From Eledone cirrhosa (Eukaryota), in contig OZ024752.1 in assembly GCA_964016885.1 (NCBI GenBank), positions 6,696,001-6,760,000 on the forward strand: DNA of 64,000 nucleotides, written 5' to 3'. The position numbers and the translations under genes were made by a program. The notes under the pieces were generated by a model, which was not told where the DNA came from, made no database searches, and saw nothing but the letters and a program-made list of their open reading frames with translations. This document shows, one piece after another, positions 11,602 through 25,719 of the stretch. Position 1 is the stretch's first letter. Each line of letters begins with the position of its first letter.

Positions 11602-12807
11602 CTTCACCAATAACATTAATATGAAAAATAATAACTATATTATTTAGAGAAGGGCCTCAAATTTCATATAATTTAGGGCCTCAGCATGTGAAAGTCTGGC
11701 CCTGATATTTAGGAATAAAGCAGTAGTATTGTCCCACACATGGGAGCAGTATTCTGATATATGGGTTGCCTTTTACTTTGAAGAGGGTCAACTGTATTTT
11801 TCATATTTTCAAGCCCAAGAGAGAAAAGGGAAGGCCTATGAGTAAAGTAATGTATGTGAGGTCAACTTTAGATATGATCCTTGTTTGGGAAGGTATAACA
11901 TCTGTAGTTGAACATTTAACTGTTGTCATTGTTGTTGGTGTTGTTGCATTTGAAGAATGTAATGTTATGAAATGATTTACTTGATATGTAGAGAGATGTT
12001 GATATGAGTGGTTGTTTGGATTTTGTTAAACCAGGATAAGTTATCATATTACAATGGGGGATGTTATTATAACAGAGACGTTTTTATATACTTTACACAC
12101 ACACACACACACACACACAGATATACTTGGTCACAAGGTCAGCAATTTGAAAGGAAGTGGGGAAAGGCAAATAAATCGACCCATCCCCCGTTTGTTGCTG
12201 GTACTTTCTTCCTCCTCTTCTTATTTTTTTTTTAGAATCACTCTACAAGATCCCAGACCTCATTCACTTACCAAGTGTGGTGGAACTTGTCAAATCAGAC
12301 CCAGCAAACAGTTACAATTAATGGTTTCTGATTTAGGTAGCAGGCCAACAAATTTTTTGGAGGGAGGAGAGGAAATTGAATTAAATCAACCGTAGTTTAT
12401 TACTGTGACAATAAATATCATTTCTAGCATTAGGAAAGGGATCCAGCTGTAGAAACGAAACAAAAACCAGCCTCGGGGTGAGCAAAACACGGTCCTCTGA
12501 CCTGATTCTCTCCCTAAGGGTCAGACTGTCCTACCCTTGCTAGCATAGAAAATAGATGTTAAACGATGATGATATGAAATTGTGTACTAAGCAACCAAAA
12601 CATACGTTAAATTTATGTCTGTTCCTATACAGCCATGTTTATACCCCCCCCCCCCCCCCCCCATCTGTTTTCTTTTAATCCTCTCTTCCTTTTTCTTCTC
12701 TCCAGCATACTCTCTTCTGATGAAGGTCCAACGTCCGGATGTTTATTAAACAAACTAATAAACAGCTATTGCATTGTATTGTTATATTGCGTTGTTAACC
12801 TTTCTTG

Positions 12808-14018
<1,211 letters not shown>

Positions 14019-14167
14019 AGACTTAAAAGAAATACTTGTCTTAAATTTAGTCAACAACTGTTATGTTTGTTTTTTGTATCTAAATTAAAATGTCAATTAA
14101 TATCTTTAATTCCAAGATAAGATTCTAAAGATTGGTGGGAACTGGAAGACTGTCTAAATGTGGTGGT

Positions 14168-14980
14168 CATGGCTGGCTTGGTGGTAAGGATGTTGGACTC
14201 ATGATCATAATGTTGTGGGTTCGATTCCTGGACTAGGTTGTGTGTTGTGTTCTGGAGCAAAACACTTCATGTCACATTGCTCCAGTATACTCAATGGAAA
14301 ATGAGTACCAGCAATATCTTGGGGTCAGGCCTCCAAGAGAAATTTTGCAAGGCGGTACAAGACACCTTTGGGACCCCAAGCAGGCAAAGAATTTTCTCAA
14401 AATGGATGTTGCATGGTTGCTGTGGGACTTTCTTAGTTCTTCGTCCCTAGAACAAAGTACCTGCTGGACCCCACCCCTCTCATAAGCCCAGCCTGGAGTT
14501 TAACCCTATGATGGACTAGTGTCCTGTCCAGGGGGAAGTCTTGTACTCTCACTCACTTCATGCCACGGAAACCTGGGTAAGCACCGGCCTGATGAGTGTC
14601 TGGGATTGAGAGAGACTTTAACTCTGTGATGGACTAGTGTCCTGTCCAGGGGGAAGTCTTGTACTCTCACTCACATCATGCCACGGAAACCTGGATAAGC
14701 AATGGCCTGATGAGTGTCTGGGATTGAGAGAGACTTTAACTCTGTGATGGACTAGTGTCCTGTCCAGGGGGAAGTCTTGTACTCTCACTCACATCATGCC
14801 ACGGAAACCTGGATAAGCAATGGTCCGATGAGTGTCTGGGATTGAGAGAGACTTTAACTCTGTGATGGACTAGTGTCCTGTCCAGGGGGAAGTCTTGTAC
14901 TCTCAATCACTTCATGCCACGGAAACCTGGATAAGCACTGTCCTGATGAACTTCCAGGCTCAACACAGATTTTAGACTTT
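14168..14980 (+). mobile_element. SINE family C with tandemly amplified 3' segment
   Basis: tRNA-like head (ggcttggtggtaagg, gggttcgattcc) and CORE-like block; homolog on the minus strand at 61500-61950. Confidence 0.8.
14499..14950. repeat. About 118-bp tandem repeat, about 3.8 copies
   Basis: tgatggactagtgtcctgtccagggggaagtcttgtactctca recurs four times. Confidence 0.95.
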
Positions 14981-15258
14981 TAGACATCTCTAACGAGTCT
15001 ATAGGCCTGTGTGAACTAGAAGACTCTCTAAATATGTAATAACCATTATAAAGAAAATGAAGCGAAGTGTTTTGGAAAACATTTAGCCTGTTAGCAGTGC
15101 CACAGACCATAACATAGCATTATATACAACTATTATATACAACATGGCCTTTATTTTAAACAATGATTACTATTCAAAGAATATAGAAAGGATATGCTTC
15201 CTGCACTGGCCTGGTGGATAGGTGTCTTTAACACACTAATGTCTGAAGGAAAACAAAA

Positions 15259-15765
15259 CACCACCACTTCTACCACCACCACCACACCAGCACCACCACA
15301 CCACCACTTCTACGACCATCACCACCACCACACCAGCACCACTTCTACCACCATCACCACCACCACACCAGCACCACCATCAACACCACTTCTACCACCA
15401 CCACCACACCAGCACCACCACACCACCACTTCTACGACCATCACCACCACCATACCAGCACGACCACTACCACCGTTACCCCCACCCCACCGCCCTTATG
15501 CACCCACACCAGCAGCACCTCCAACCCCCACATCAGCAGCACCTCCAACCCCCACACCAGCAGCACCCCCAACCCCCACACCAGCAGCACCCCCAACCCC
15601 CACACCAGCAGCACCCCCAACCCCCACACCAGCAGCACCACTACTACTGTTACCATTACACCACCACCACTATTACCGGTACCCCCACTCCCACCACCAC
15701 TACCATTATTCCCCTGCCCCTCCCATCATCACCCCCACCCCACCATTACCACCCTCCACTATTAC
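15259..15765. repeat. (ACC)n low-complexity tract with 24-bp subrepeat
   Basis: Seen directly. Confidence 0.9.
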
Positions 15766-15804
15766 TAGGGATAGAAATAGTAAACAATAACATTTACTGT
15801 TATA

Positions 15805-15816
15805 TATACACACAAC

Positions 15817-15849
<33 letters not shown>

Positions 15850-15883
15850 ACCTATATATATATATATATATATATATACACAA

Positions 15884-15943
<60 letters not shown>

Positions 15944-16210
15944 ACCTATATATACATATATTTATATATATATGTATACACAACCTATATATATATATAT
16001 ATACACAACCTATATATATATACACAACCTATATATATATATATATATACACAACCTATATATATATATATATACACAACCTATATATATATATATATAC
16101 ACAACCTATATATATATATATATATATATATACACAACCTATATATATATATATATATATATACACAACCTATATATATATATATATACACAACCTATAT
16201 ATATATATAA
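15805..16210. repeat. CACAACC(TA)n variable-length minisatellite
   Basis: Seen directly. Confidence 0.95.
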
Positions 16211-16567
16211 CTACAATAGACAATCTATGTTGAGCTGGAAGACACAATAAATATTAGTTTACTATTATTTGTGTGGGTGTGTGGGGGTGGGGAGGTGGGT
16301 GAAGGACCTGGGGTGGGGAAGAGACAAGAGGGGACAAAACAAAAAAGAAGTGGATAACTCAATGTAAAAATAACAGCACACATACATACAAAAACATACA
16401 CGCATACACACTTATATATACATAACTACACACATATATGTATGTGTGTGTGTGTACTTGTATATATGTGTGTGTATATATATATAGTAATAATAATAAA
16501 TTTGAAGACTAAAATCCCAAAAGGGCTCAATAAGGATAAATATATATCAAATATATAAGAACCCTAT

Positions 16568-16738
16568 CAGTATTGGTAGAGGGTCGGACACCATGCTTTG
16601 ATGTTACAGTCCTTGGCGTTCTGAGTTCAAATCCCACCGAGGTTAACTTTGCCTTTCATCCTTAAGGGGTCGATAAAATAAAGTACCAGTAATGCACTGG
16701 GTAATTGCTGGCCTTGTGCCAAAAGTAGAAACAATTAT
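16568..16738 (+). mobile_element. SINE family A
   Basis: B box gagttcaaatcc, core and tail. Confidence 0.9.
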
Positions 16739-16998
16739 TTAATAAAATATAAACGATTAAAATTTTATTTTTAATGTATAATTTTTAACTTCACAAGTGA
16801 AATATATTCTCTAAAAGAATGTATATGTCTATCGGGTGAAATAGTCTAAATATGTTTTAATTCAAAATAGAGTTTCTTCAAACACATTGCCTATTGCACC
16901 CCCACAGACACATTCTTTTAGAGAATATATTTCACTTGTAAAGTTAAAAATTATACATTGAAAATTAAATTTTAATTGTTTATATTTTATTGAATAAT
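16735..16998. repeat. Fold-back inverted repeat, about 90-110-bp arms
   Basis: acaagtgaaatatattctctaaaagaatgt versus acattcttttagagaatatatttcacttgt, extending outward. Confidence 0.85.
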
Positions 16999-17583
16999 GA
17001 TGAAATATCAAATTCAAAATAAAGTCTCTTCAATGATCTGGTCAGCAGTTCTTCTGAAAGAGACCAATAGTATAGAAGGGAGCATGTATTTGATCAATCA
17101 CTGTTTTTTAGCTGTGACTGTTTATGCTTGCTGCCAGTATGATGTCCTAGATTTCTAGATTTTCTAGAAAGAAACATGTGGAGCTCATTTGTAAATATTG
17201 TAAGATGTTGGAGATTCGGTTGCTATATTCAGAACATTGAGGAACTATTAAAGCTTATCCAATTGCTTATGATATTTTTAGTTTATAGTTTGTGGTAGGG
17301 AAGATGGTGGATATCAGACAGTAAATGTATACTAGTTTTAGTTAACTAAAGAACCAATATAGCATCAGTCATTAATATATTCAGATTCAGGCTTGGCTGG
17401 GTGGTTAACAAGTTTGCTTTGCACTCATGAGGACTTGGGTTTGATCCAACTGTGTGGCATTTGGGATAAATGTTTTTACCATAGCCTCAGGTCAACCCAA
17501 GACTTTTGAGTGAAATTGAGTAAACAAACTATGTGGAAGCCTGTCAGATGGATTGTACCTGTAATTCAATTTTTTTTTTTTTT

Positions 17584-18025
17584 AATATTCCTTGGCAGAC
17601 CCATACCACACTTAATCAGATATACAGAAAAATCCCCAAAGTAGGTACATGACTGATTGAATACCATACAAGGTTTGCTGGTCACTGCTTCCACACTAAA
17701 GATGAGATGGTTTTAGACCTGTTATTGTGAGAGATCTCCTCTAGCAGAAAGCTTAGATACCAGGATACAATGGCAAGAGAGAGACACTGGTATTGACAAG
17801 GAAGACCTACAGACCTTGGTGGCAAAGAGGGACTGTTGGTGGGATATCATGTTTGCTGTCTTACCGAAGGGTGATGGATTAGAAAACAGAAAGCTCAAAT
17901 ACCAGGACACCATAGCAAGAGACAGTGGGCTTGACAAGGAAGACCTACAGACGTTGGTAGGAAACAGAGACTGTTGGTGTGAAGGTATGCTTGTTGTCTC
18001 ATCTAAGTGTGATGGATTAGATAAG
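17584..18025 (+). mobile_element. Decayed RTE-like LINE ORF C-terminus with duplicated 3' segment
   Basis: Manual translation NIPWQTHTTLNQIYRKIPKVGT*LIEYHTRFAGHCFHTKDEMVLDLLL*E..YQDTIARDSGLDKEDLQTLVGNRDCW parallels the 57545-58377 fragment; has stops and a frameshift. Confidence 0.75.
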
Positions 18026-18429
18026 GGTAAGATAAGTAATTCAAAAGTCCAGCCTCTAAACATTGTGTCGAGCTGGTTCAGTTTTGGAATTACAATGTAC
18101 ACCTTTCCATGTAATACTTAACTATTTGTGCGATAATTCCCAAATTTGATGTCCAGGTAATTAAACAATCCCAGAAATGGACTGGTACTTTATCAACCTT
18201 GAAAGGATGAAAGACAAGGTTGACCATGACAGGATTTGAAGACAGAGGGCTGAAACAAATACCATGAAGTATTCTACATGACATTCTTATGACTGCGACA
18301 TTTCACTTCTCTATAGTACAATACTAAATAGATATAACAACAGCAATGTATAATAATAAGTTAACATTATAACATTATAGTAAGATACTACATCAATATC
18401 ACAGCATTACATATAATTCAGGAGAATTC

Positions 18430-20650
18430 ACTGATATAACAGTTACTGCAGTGTAGTGAGACAGGTTTACTGGTATATAACAGTTACTACAGTGTAGTGA
18501 GACAGGTTTACTGGTATATAACAGTTACTACAGTGTAGTGAGACAGGTTTACTGGTATATAACAGTTACTACAGTGTAGTGAGACAGGTTTACTGGTATA
18601 TAACAGTTACTACAGTGTAGTGAGACAGGTTTACTGGTATATAACAGTTACTACAGTGTAGTGAGACAGGTTTACTGGTATATAACAGTTACTACAGTGT
18701 AGTGAGACAGGTTTACTGGTATATAACAGTTACTACAGTGTAGTGAGACAGGTTTACTGGTATATAACAGTTACTACAGTGTAGTGAGACAGGTTTACTG
18801 GTATATAACAGTTACTACAGTGTAGTGAGACAGGTTTACTGGTATATAACAGTTACTACAGTGTAGTGAGGCAGGTTTACTGGTATATAACAGTTACTAC
18901 AGTGTAGTGAGACAGGTTTACTGGTATATAACAGTTACTACAGTGTAGTGAGACAGGTTTACTGGTATATAACAGTTACTACAGTGTAGTGAGACAGGTT
19001 TACTGGTATATAACAGTTACTACAGTGTAGTGAGACACAGGTTTACTGGTATATAACAGTTACTACAGTGTAGTGAGACAGGTTTACTGGTATATAACAG
19101 TTACTACAGTGTAGTGATGAGACAGGTTTACTGGTATATAACAGTTACTACATTGTAGTGAGACAGGTTTACTGGTATATAACAGTTACTACAGTGTAGT
19201 GAGACACAGGTTTACTGGTATATAACAGTTACTACAGTGTGATAGTCAGACAACATAGGTTTACTGGTATATAACAGTTACTACAGTGTAGTGAGACACA
19301 GGTTTACTGGTATATAACAGTTACTACAGTGTAGTGAAACAGGTTTACTGGTATATAACAGTTACTACAGTGTAGTGATGAGACAGGTTTACTGGTATAT
19401 AACAGTTACTACATTGTAGTGAGACAGGTTTACTGGTATATAACAGTTACTACAGTGTAGTGAGACACAGGTTTACTGGTATATAACAGTTACTACAGTG
19501 TGATAGTCAGACAACATAGGTTTACTGGTATATAACAGTTACTACAGTGTAGTGAGACACAGGTTTACTGGTATATAACAGTTACTACAGTGTAATAGTC
19601 AGACAACATAGGTTTACTGGTATATAACAGTTACTACAGTGTAGTGAGACAGGTTTACTGGTATATAACAGTTACTACAGTGTAGTGAGACACAGGTTTA
19701 CTGGTATATAACAGTTACTACAGTGTAGTGAGACACAGGTTTACTGGTATATAACAGTTACTACAGTGTAGTGAAACAGGTTTACTGGTATATAACAGTT
19801 ACTACAGTGTAATAGTCAGACAACACAGGTTTACTGGTATATAACAGTTACTACAGTGTAGTGAGACAGGTATACTGGTATATAACAGTTACTACAGTGT
19901 AGTGAGACACAGGTATACTGGTATATAACAGTTACTACAGTGTAGTGAGACACAGGTTTACTGGTATATAACAGTTACTACAGTGTAGTGAGACACAGGT
20001 TTACTGGTATATAACAGTTACTACAGTGTAGTGAAACAGGTTTACTGGTATATAACAGTTACTACAGTGTAATAGTCAGACAACACAGGTTTACTGGTAT
20101 ATAACAGTTACTACAGTGTAGTGAGACAGGTATACTGGTATATAACAGTTACTACAGTGTAGTGAGACACAGGTATACTGGTATATAACAGTTACTACAG
20201 TGTAGTGAGACACAGGTTTACTGGTATATAACAGTTACTACAGTGTAGTGAAACAGGTTTACTGGTATATAACAGTTACTACAGTGTAATAGTCAGACAA
20301 CACAGGTTTACTGGTATATAACAGTTACTACAGTGTAGTGAGACAGGTATACTGGTATATAACAGTTACTACAGTGTAGTGAGACACAGGTATACTGGTA
20401 TATAACAGTTACTACAGTGTAGTGAGACACAGGTTTACTGGTATATAACAGTTACTACAGTGTAGTGAGACACAGGTTTACTGGTATATAACAGTTACTA
20501 CAGTGTAGTGAAACAGGTTTACTGGTATATAACAGTTACTACAGTGTAATAGTCAGACAACACAGGTTTACTGGTATATAACAGTTACTACAGTGTAGTG
20601 AGACAGGTATACTGGTATATAACAGTTACTACAGTGTAATAGTCAGACAC
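18430..20650. repeat. 41-bp minisatellite (GAGACAGGTTTACTGGTATATAACAGTTACTACAGTGTAGT) with 43/44/49-bp variants, about 50 copies
   Basis: Tandem periodicity. Confidence 0.98.
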
Positions 20651-21114
20651 ATCACAATATTACATTTTCAGTTTTGTGACTTCCTAAATTTATTGGCTAA
20701 TTAATATTTTCTTTTCTCTGTTTCTATTGTTTGACCATCAAAGGAAGAACAGTTCTCACGACCCTTTTCAGGGCCTCCACAGCTGGTATAAGGGACAGAG
20801 GTAGCCTTAAACCTGGGAGTTGATCCAAATGCTTTCAACAGAATGGACTTCATTGAAAGTGTAATCCAAAGGTGCGAGGTATCTGTGTTTAACGAGGCAA
20901 TCAATTAAGTCTATCACCCAAGTTATGTCTACTATCCAATAGCATGTGACCAAAGAAAGATCTTGCTTTGATTTACTTTTCTTTAGAATTCCATTTTTGA
21001 GAGGTTTTTTCGGTTTTCTGATAAATAGAAAAAAATAAGCTCAAAGCAATAATCCATTTTCTTTTTCCCTTTTTTGACAGACAAATATGTTGACACCTTC
21101 TGTCAAAATAACAG

Positions 21115-21842
21115 AGTACAATGAAATTTATCTATATACACCCAATGAAATGTATGTATATATATATATATATATACACACAATGAAATGTATATATATA
21201 TATACACAATAACATTTGTGTGTATATATACATAATGAAATATATGTATATAGACCCAATGAAATGTATGTATATATGCACAATGACATTTGTGTGTATA
21301 TACACCTAGTGAAATGTACATAATGAAATGCATGTATATACACATAATGAAATGTATACATATACACAATGAAATGTATATATACACAATAAAATGTATG
21401 TATATATATATACACAATAAAATGTATGTATATATATATATACACAATAAAATATATGTATATATATATACACAATAAAATATATGTATATATATATATA
21501 TACACAATAAAATGTATGTATATATATACACAATAAAATGTATGTATATATATATACACAATAAAATATATGTATATATATATATACACAATAAAATGTA
21601 TGTATATATATATACACAATAAAATGTATGTATATATATATATACACAATAAAATATATGTATATATATATATACACAATAAAATATATGTATATATATA
21701 TATATATACACAATAAAATGTATGTATATATATACACAATAAAATGTATGTATATATATATACACAATAAAATGTATGAATGTATATATATACACAATGA
21801 AAGTTATGTGTATATAGACAATGAAATTTATGTGTATACACC
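21115..21842. repeat. About 30-bp TA-rich minisatellite (CACAATAAAATRTATG(TA)n)
   Basis: Tandem periodicity. Confidence 0.95.
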
Positions 21843-22364
21843 CAAACAAAGCATTTCCTTCGATATATTTGGAAGGACATACACATTTGTTATGACATTA
21901 GAGAAAATTCAGTGAGAACGCTTGCTTAAAAGACAATGATTGAAATAGAATTCTTGTAATAGTCAAGAGTAGCATGTTATTTCTAGTCTTTGCCGCCAAC
22001 ACTATCACATTTCCAACAGCCACATGCCCTAATGAATACTGACAAAATTGGTTCAGATGGTGCCATGTACAATACCAACAACAGCCACACGTGGGGAGAC
22101 AAAACATATTACAGATAGGGTGTAACTGCAAGAACCAATTTTAAAAGCCAGCAATCTTAGCTCAAGAATTCTTCAAGTGTTGTTTGGTTAAGTTCTGTTA
22201 GAACAAGTGTTATGTCATGTTAGACACCATCGTGCTGATTAAAGTCTGCAGCATGCACACAAACTGACATGACAGGATATCAACAAATTCTACTTACGAT
22301 AAAATGGTTCTGAAAGGTAAGTAAAAAAAATAAATAAAAATAATAACATGATGATAATAATAAT

Positions 22365-22558
22365 AATTATTATTTCTACTTTTGGCACAAGGCCAGCAAT
22401 TATCCCAGTGCATTACTGGTACTTTATTTTATCGACCCCGTAAGGATGAAAGGCAAAGTTAATCTCGGCGGGATTTGAACTCAGAATGGCAAGGGCCGTA
22501 ACTCTATGTGTCAAAGCATGGCGTCCGACCCTCTACCAATACTGCCAATCTACCGCCT
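22365..22558 (-). mobile_element. SINE family A, full length
   Basis: Reverse complement of 33586-33785. Confidence 0.9.
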
Positions 22559-22566
22559 TCAATAAT

Positions 22567-22675
22567 AAGAAGAAGAAGGCAAAGAAGAAGAAGAAGAAGA
22601 AGAAAAAGAAGGAGAAGAAGGAGAAGAAGAAGGAGAAGAAGGAGAAGAAGGAGAAGAAGGCGAAAAAGAAGGCGA
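22567..22675. repeat. (GAA)n microsatellite
   Basis: Seen directly. Confidence 0.95.
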
Positions 22676-22680
22676 ACATT

Positions 22681-22894
22681 TTCTGATTTAGGCACAAAGT
22701 CAGCGATTTGAAGGGGAGGGGAAAGTCGATTAAATCAACCCCAGTACATAACTGGTACTTTATTTATCGACCCTTTAAGGATGAAAGGTAAAGTTAACCT
22801 CGGCAGGATTTGAACTCAGAACATAAAGGGTCGTAACTCTATACTGCAAAGCATATTGTCCGACGCTCTACTGATTCTGCCAATCCACTGCCCT
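22681..22894 (-). mobile_element. SINE family A variant (longer 3' region)
   Basis: Same head and core; alternative tail also seen at 58467-58680. Confidence 0.85.
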
Positions 22895-22987
22895 AACTAT
22901 TGTAACAACAATAACAGCAATAATCAATAATTTGTTTTGTGTCTATATAACAGATTAAGAGCAACATTAATAATCAAGATGGGTATA

Positions 22988-23512
22988 GTGGTGGTGGTGG
23001 TGGTGGTGGTGGTGGTGGTGGTGGTGGTGGTGATGGTGGTGACGGTGACGGTGGTGGTGGTGGCGGTGGTGGTGGTGGTGGTGGTGGTGGTGGTGGTGGT
23101 GGTGGTGGTGACGGTGGTGGTGGTGGTGGCGGTGGTGGTGATGGCGACGGTGGTGATGGTGGTGGTGGTCGCGACGGTGGTGGTGGTGACGGTGGTGGTG
23201 GTGACGGTGGTGGTGGTGGTGACGGTGGTGGTGGTGGTGGTGGTGACGGTGGTGGTGGTGATGGTGGCGGTGGTGGTGACGGTGGTGGTGATGGCGACGG
23301 TGGTGATGGTGGTGGTGGTCGCGACGGTGGTGGTGGTGACGGTGGTGGTGGTGACGGTGGTGGTGGTGGTGGTGACGGTGGTGGTGGTGGTGGTGGTGGT
23401 GGTGGTGGTGGTGGTGGTGGTGATGGTGGTGGTGACGGTGGTGGTGGTGGTGGCGGTGGTGGTGGTGGTGGCGGTGGTGGTGATGGCGACGGTGGTGATG
23501 GTGTTGGTGGTG
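22988..23512. repeat. (GGT)n tract
   Basis: Seen directly. Confidence 0.95.
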
Positions 23513-23564
23513 AAAGACTGGCTATTTGGCTGTACAACAATCCTTTACAAAAGATGTGCCAGAT

Positions 23565-23742
23565 ATATCTTTGGTACATCAGGTGTGGAAGATAGAAGAC
23601 ATACCAGTAATATCTTTGGTACATCAGGTGTGGAAGATAGAAGACATACCAGTAATATCTTTGCTACACAAGAGGTGGCGGGTATGAGACATACATAAAT
23701 ATCTTTGGTACACCAGGAGTTTGAGGTATAAGATATACCAGT
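23565..23742. repeat. 45-bp tandem repeat, 4 diverging copies
   Basis: atatctttggtacatcaggtgtggaagatagaagacataccagta. Confidence 0.85.
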
Positions 23743-24010
23743 GAATTGTTGGCACTTAACGAGTTAAAATATCTTTTTGTTAGGCTGATGCTTAAAGTGG
23801 AAAATTGTCAGAATTGTGAGAGCATTAGACAAAAATATGGCGTTTATTTTGGTACCTTGCATTCTGAGTTCAAATCCTAATGAGATCAACTTTGCATTTT
23901 TTAGAGGGAAAATTGTTTGTATTGGACAAGATGCCTTGCTGGTGCCTTGATAATAAGCACCCAGTACACTGTTTAATGATTGGTGCTAGGAGGGGCATCT
24001 AGCCATGTGA

Positions 24011-24175
24011 AGGCACATGGCTTAGTGGTTAGAGCATTGGGCTTCCAATCGAAAGGTTGTGAGTTCAATTCTCAGACTAGGTGATGTGTTGTTTCCTTGA
24101 GCAAGACACTTTATTTCACGTTGCTCCAGTTTACTCAGCTGTAGAAGTGAGATGATAGGACTGGGGTCCCTATGA
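24011..24175 (+). mobile_element. SINE family B, 3'-truncated
   Basis: Head and core only. Confidence 0.85.
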
Positions 24176-24794
24176 TTAAATTACCCAAGACACCTCTAAC
24201 GAGATATACCTTGGAGGAGGCCAGCTAAACCTGCATAGGTGTGAGCTATCACACACACACACACACACACACATAGGTGTGAGCTATCACACACACACAC
24301 ACATACGTGTGAGCTATCACACACACACACACACACACATAGGTGTGAGCTATCACACACACACACACATAGGTGTGAGCTATCACACACACACACACAC
24401 ACACACATCTAGCCATGGAAACGATGCCTTAGTTCCTTCCATCTCATCACAGAACATGATAACGCCTTTAGTCCATGTCAACATGTAAAATGAATGTCAA
24501 ATGATGACGATGATCTTTAGAGATGACAAGATGTTCGTGTTTAGAGACAGCGAGGTGTAAAACCTTCTACACAGATGAAAGTCTCTATAATGTCAGTCAA
24601 GATATGTAGGCTACTTTCAAATGTAGAGTTTTTCACTCTGCTGCAAAGATTAGTAGTCTAATATTTGCACTAGATGTCTGTGAAAAGCTTACTTAATTCA
24701 ATTGCTGTTGTTTATGGAGACTAACAGATTCTCTTTATTAAATTGCATTTCTTTTCATACGTATATTAGTTGATATTATATCCATATGTACCAA

Positions 24795-24828
<34 letters not shown>

Positions 24829-24904
24829 GTATATGAATGTGTGTGTGTGTCCAACCCTGCCTAGCAGGGAAAGCAGAAATTAAATGATGATGATATATAT
24901 GTAA

Positions 24905-24950
<46 letters not shown>

Positions 24951-24980
24951 AGATCAAAAGATGGTTAAAAGAGTTTCAAG

Positions 24981-25048
24981 TATTTTATTATGCGCATTTC
25001 AAAAACAAATATCATGGGATGATATCTGCATTTTCATCAGATAAAATA
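24981..25048 (-). ncRNA. Minimal type I hammerhead ribozyme (copy 2)
   Basis: Minus strand tattttat-CTGATGA-[15-bp stem II, loop ccc]-GAAA-tgcgca-TA^ataaaata; perfect 8-bp stem I. Confidence 0.82.
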
Positions 25049-25129
25049 GGGATACATGATATGAAGCTTAAAAAACACTTGCGAGCAGTGAAGTTTTAAA
25101 TCAACATATATATAAAACTCACCTCCTAC

Positions 25130-25168
<39 letters not shown>

Positions 25169-25306
25169 GATAGTAATGATAAATGTGAAGACTAAAATCC
25201 GAAGGGGCTCGATAAGAATTATATATATATAAACCTGTTTCAGAAGATCCCGTTAAGAGTGAAAGCAGCGATTCTTTGCTTAAACTTAAATCTATTCTTA
25301 TAATAA

Positions 25307-25390
<84 letters not shown>

Positions 25391-25719
25391 GTGCGTGTGT
25401 ATTTGTGGCACAAAGTCCCCCATTCCCCATATAACCTAGTAGTTAGTGACTTTAGTTAGAGCTAGACAAACTTAGAAATATGACACAGAAGCTGAGGGAG
25501 CCCTCAGTTGGTAACAAATTAAAGGGTCTCCTGCTTGGTGCTTTTGACAGTAAGGTAGAGGAGATAAAGGGTTAGAGATAGTGGAACAGTGGGAGGTTTT
25601 GAGAGATAATCTGATGAGGGCCACAGATCTCATCTGCTATCATGGAGTGTGGGTTTTCAATAGGAGAGGATGATGATTTGGGTGTGTGTGAGTGTGTGTC
25701 TAATATCACTATATATGTG

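Noticed and set aside
12712-12742. CTGATGAAGG hammerhead start
   Set aside because: No GAAA or stem III follows; at most a truncated remnant.
14326-14495. hAT-like MITE inside SINE C (CAGGC...GCCTG)
   Set aside because: The insertion is real relative to the homolog, but the TIR is only 5 bp and no 8-bp TSD is visible, so it is left unclassified.
14560-14600. Permuted hammerhead (GAAAC...CTGATGAG) in the 118-bp tandem, retrozyme-like
   Set aside because: No 10.1-11.1 pair, no credible stem I, and the motif varies among copies; it is the ordinary SINE C tail.
18430-20650. CRISPR-like repeat/spacer appearance
   Set aside because: Variable parts are 7-15 bp recurring variants, not unique spacers; no cas genes; eukaryotic context.
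22974-23624. Extensin-like SPPPP ORF
   Set aside because: Translation of a (GGT)n microsatellite; no gene context.
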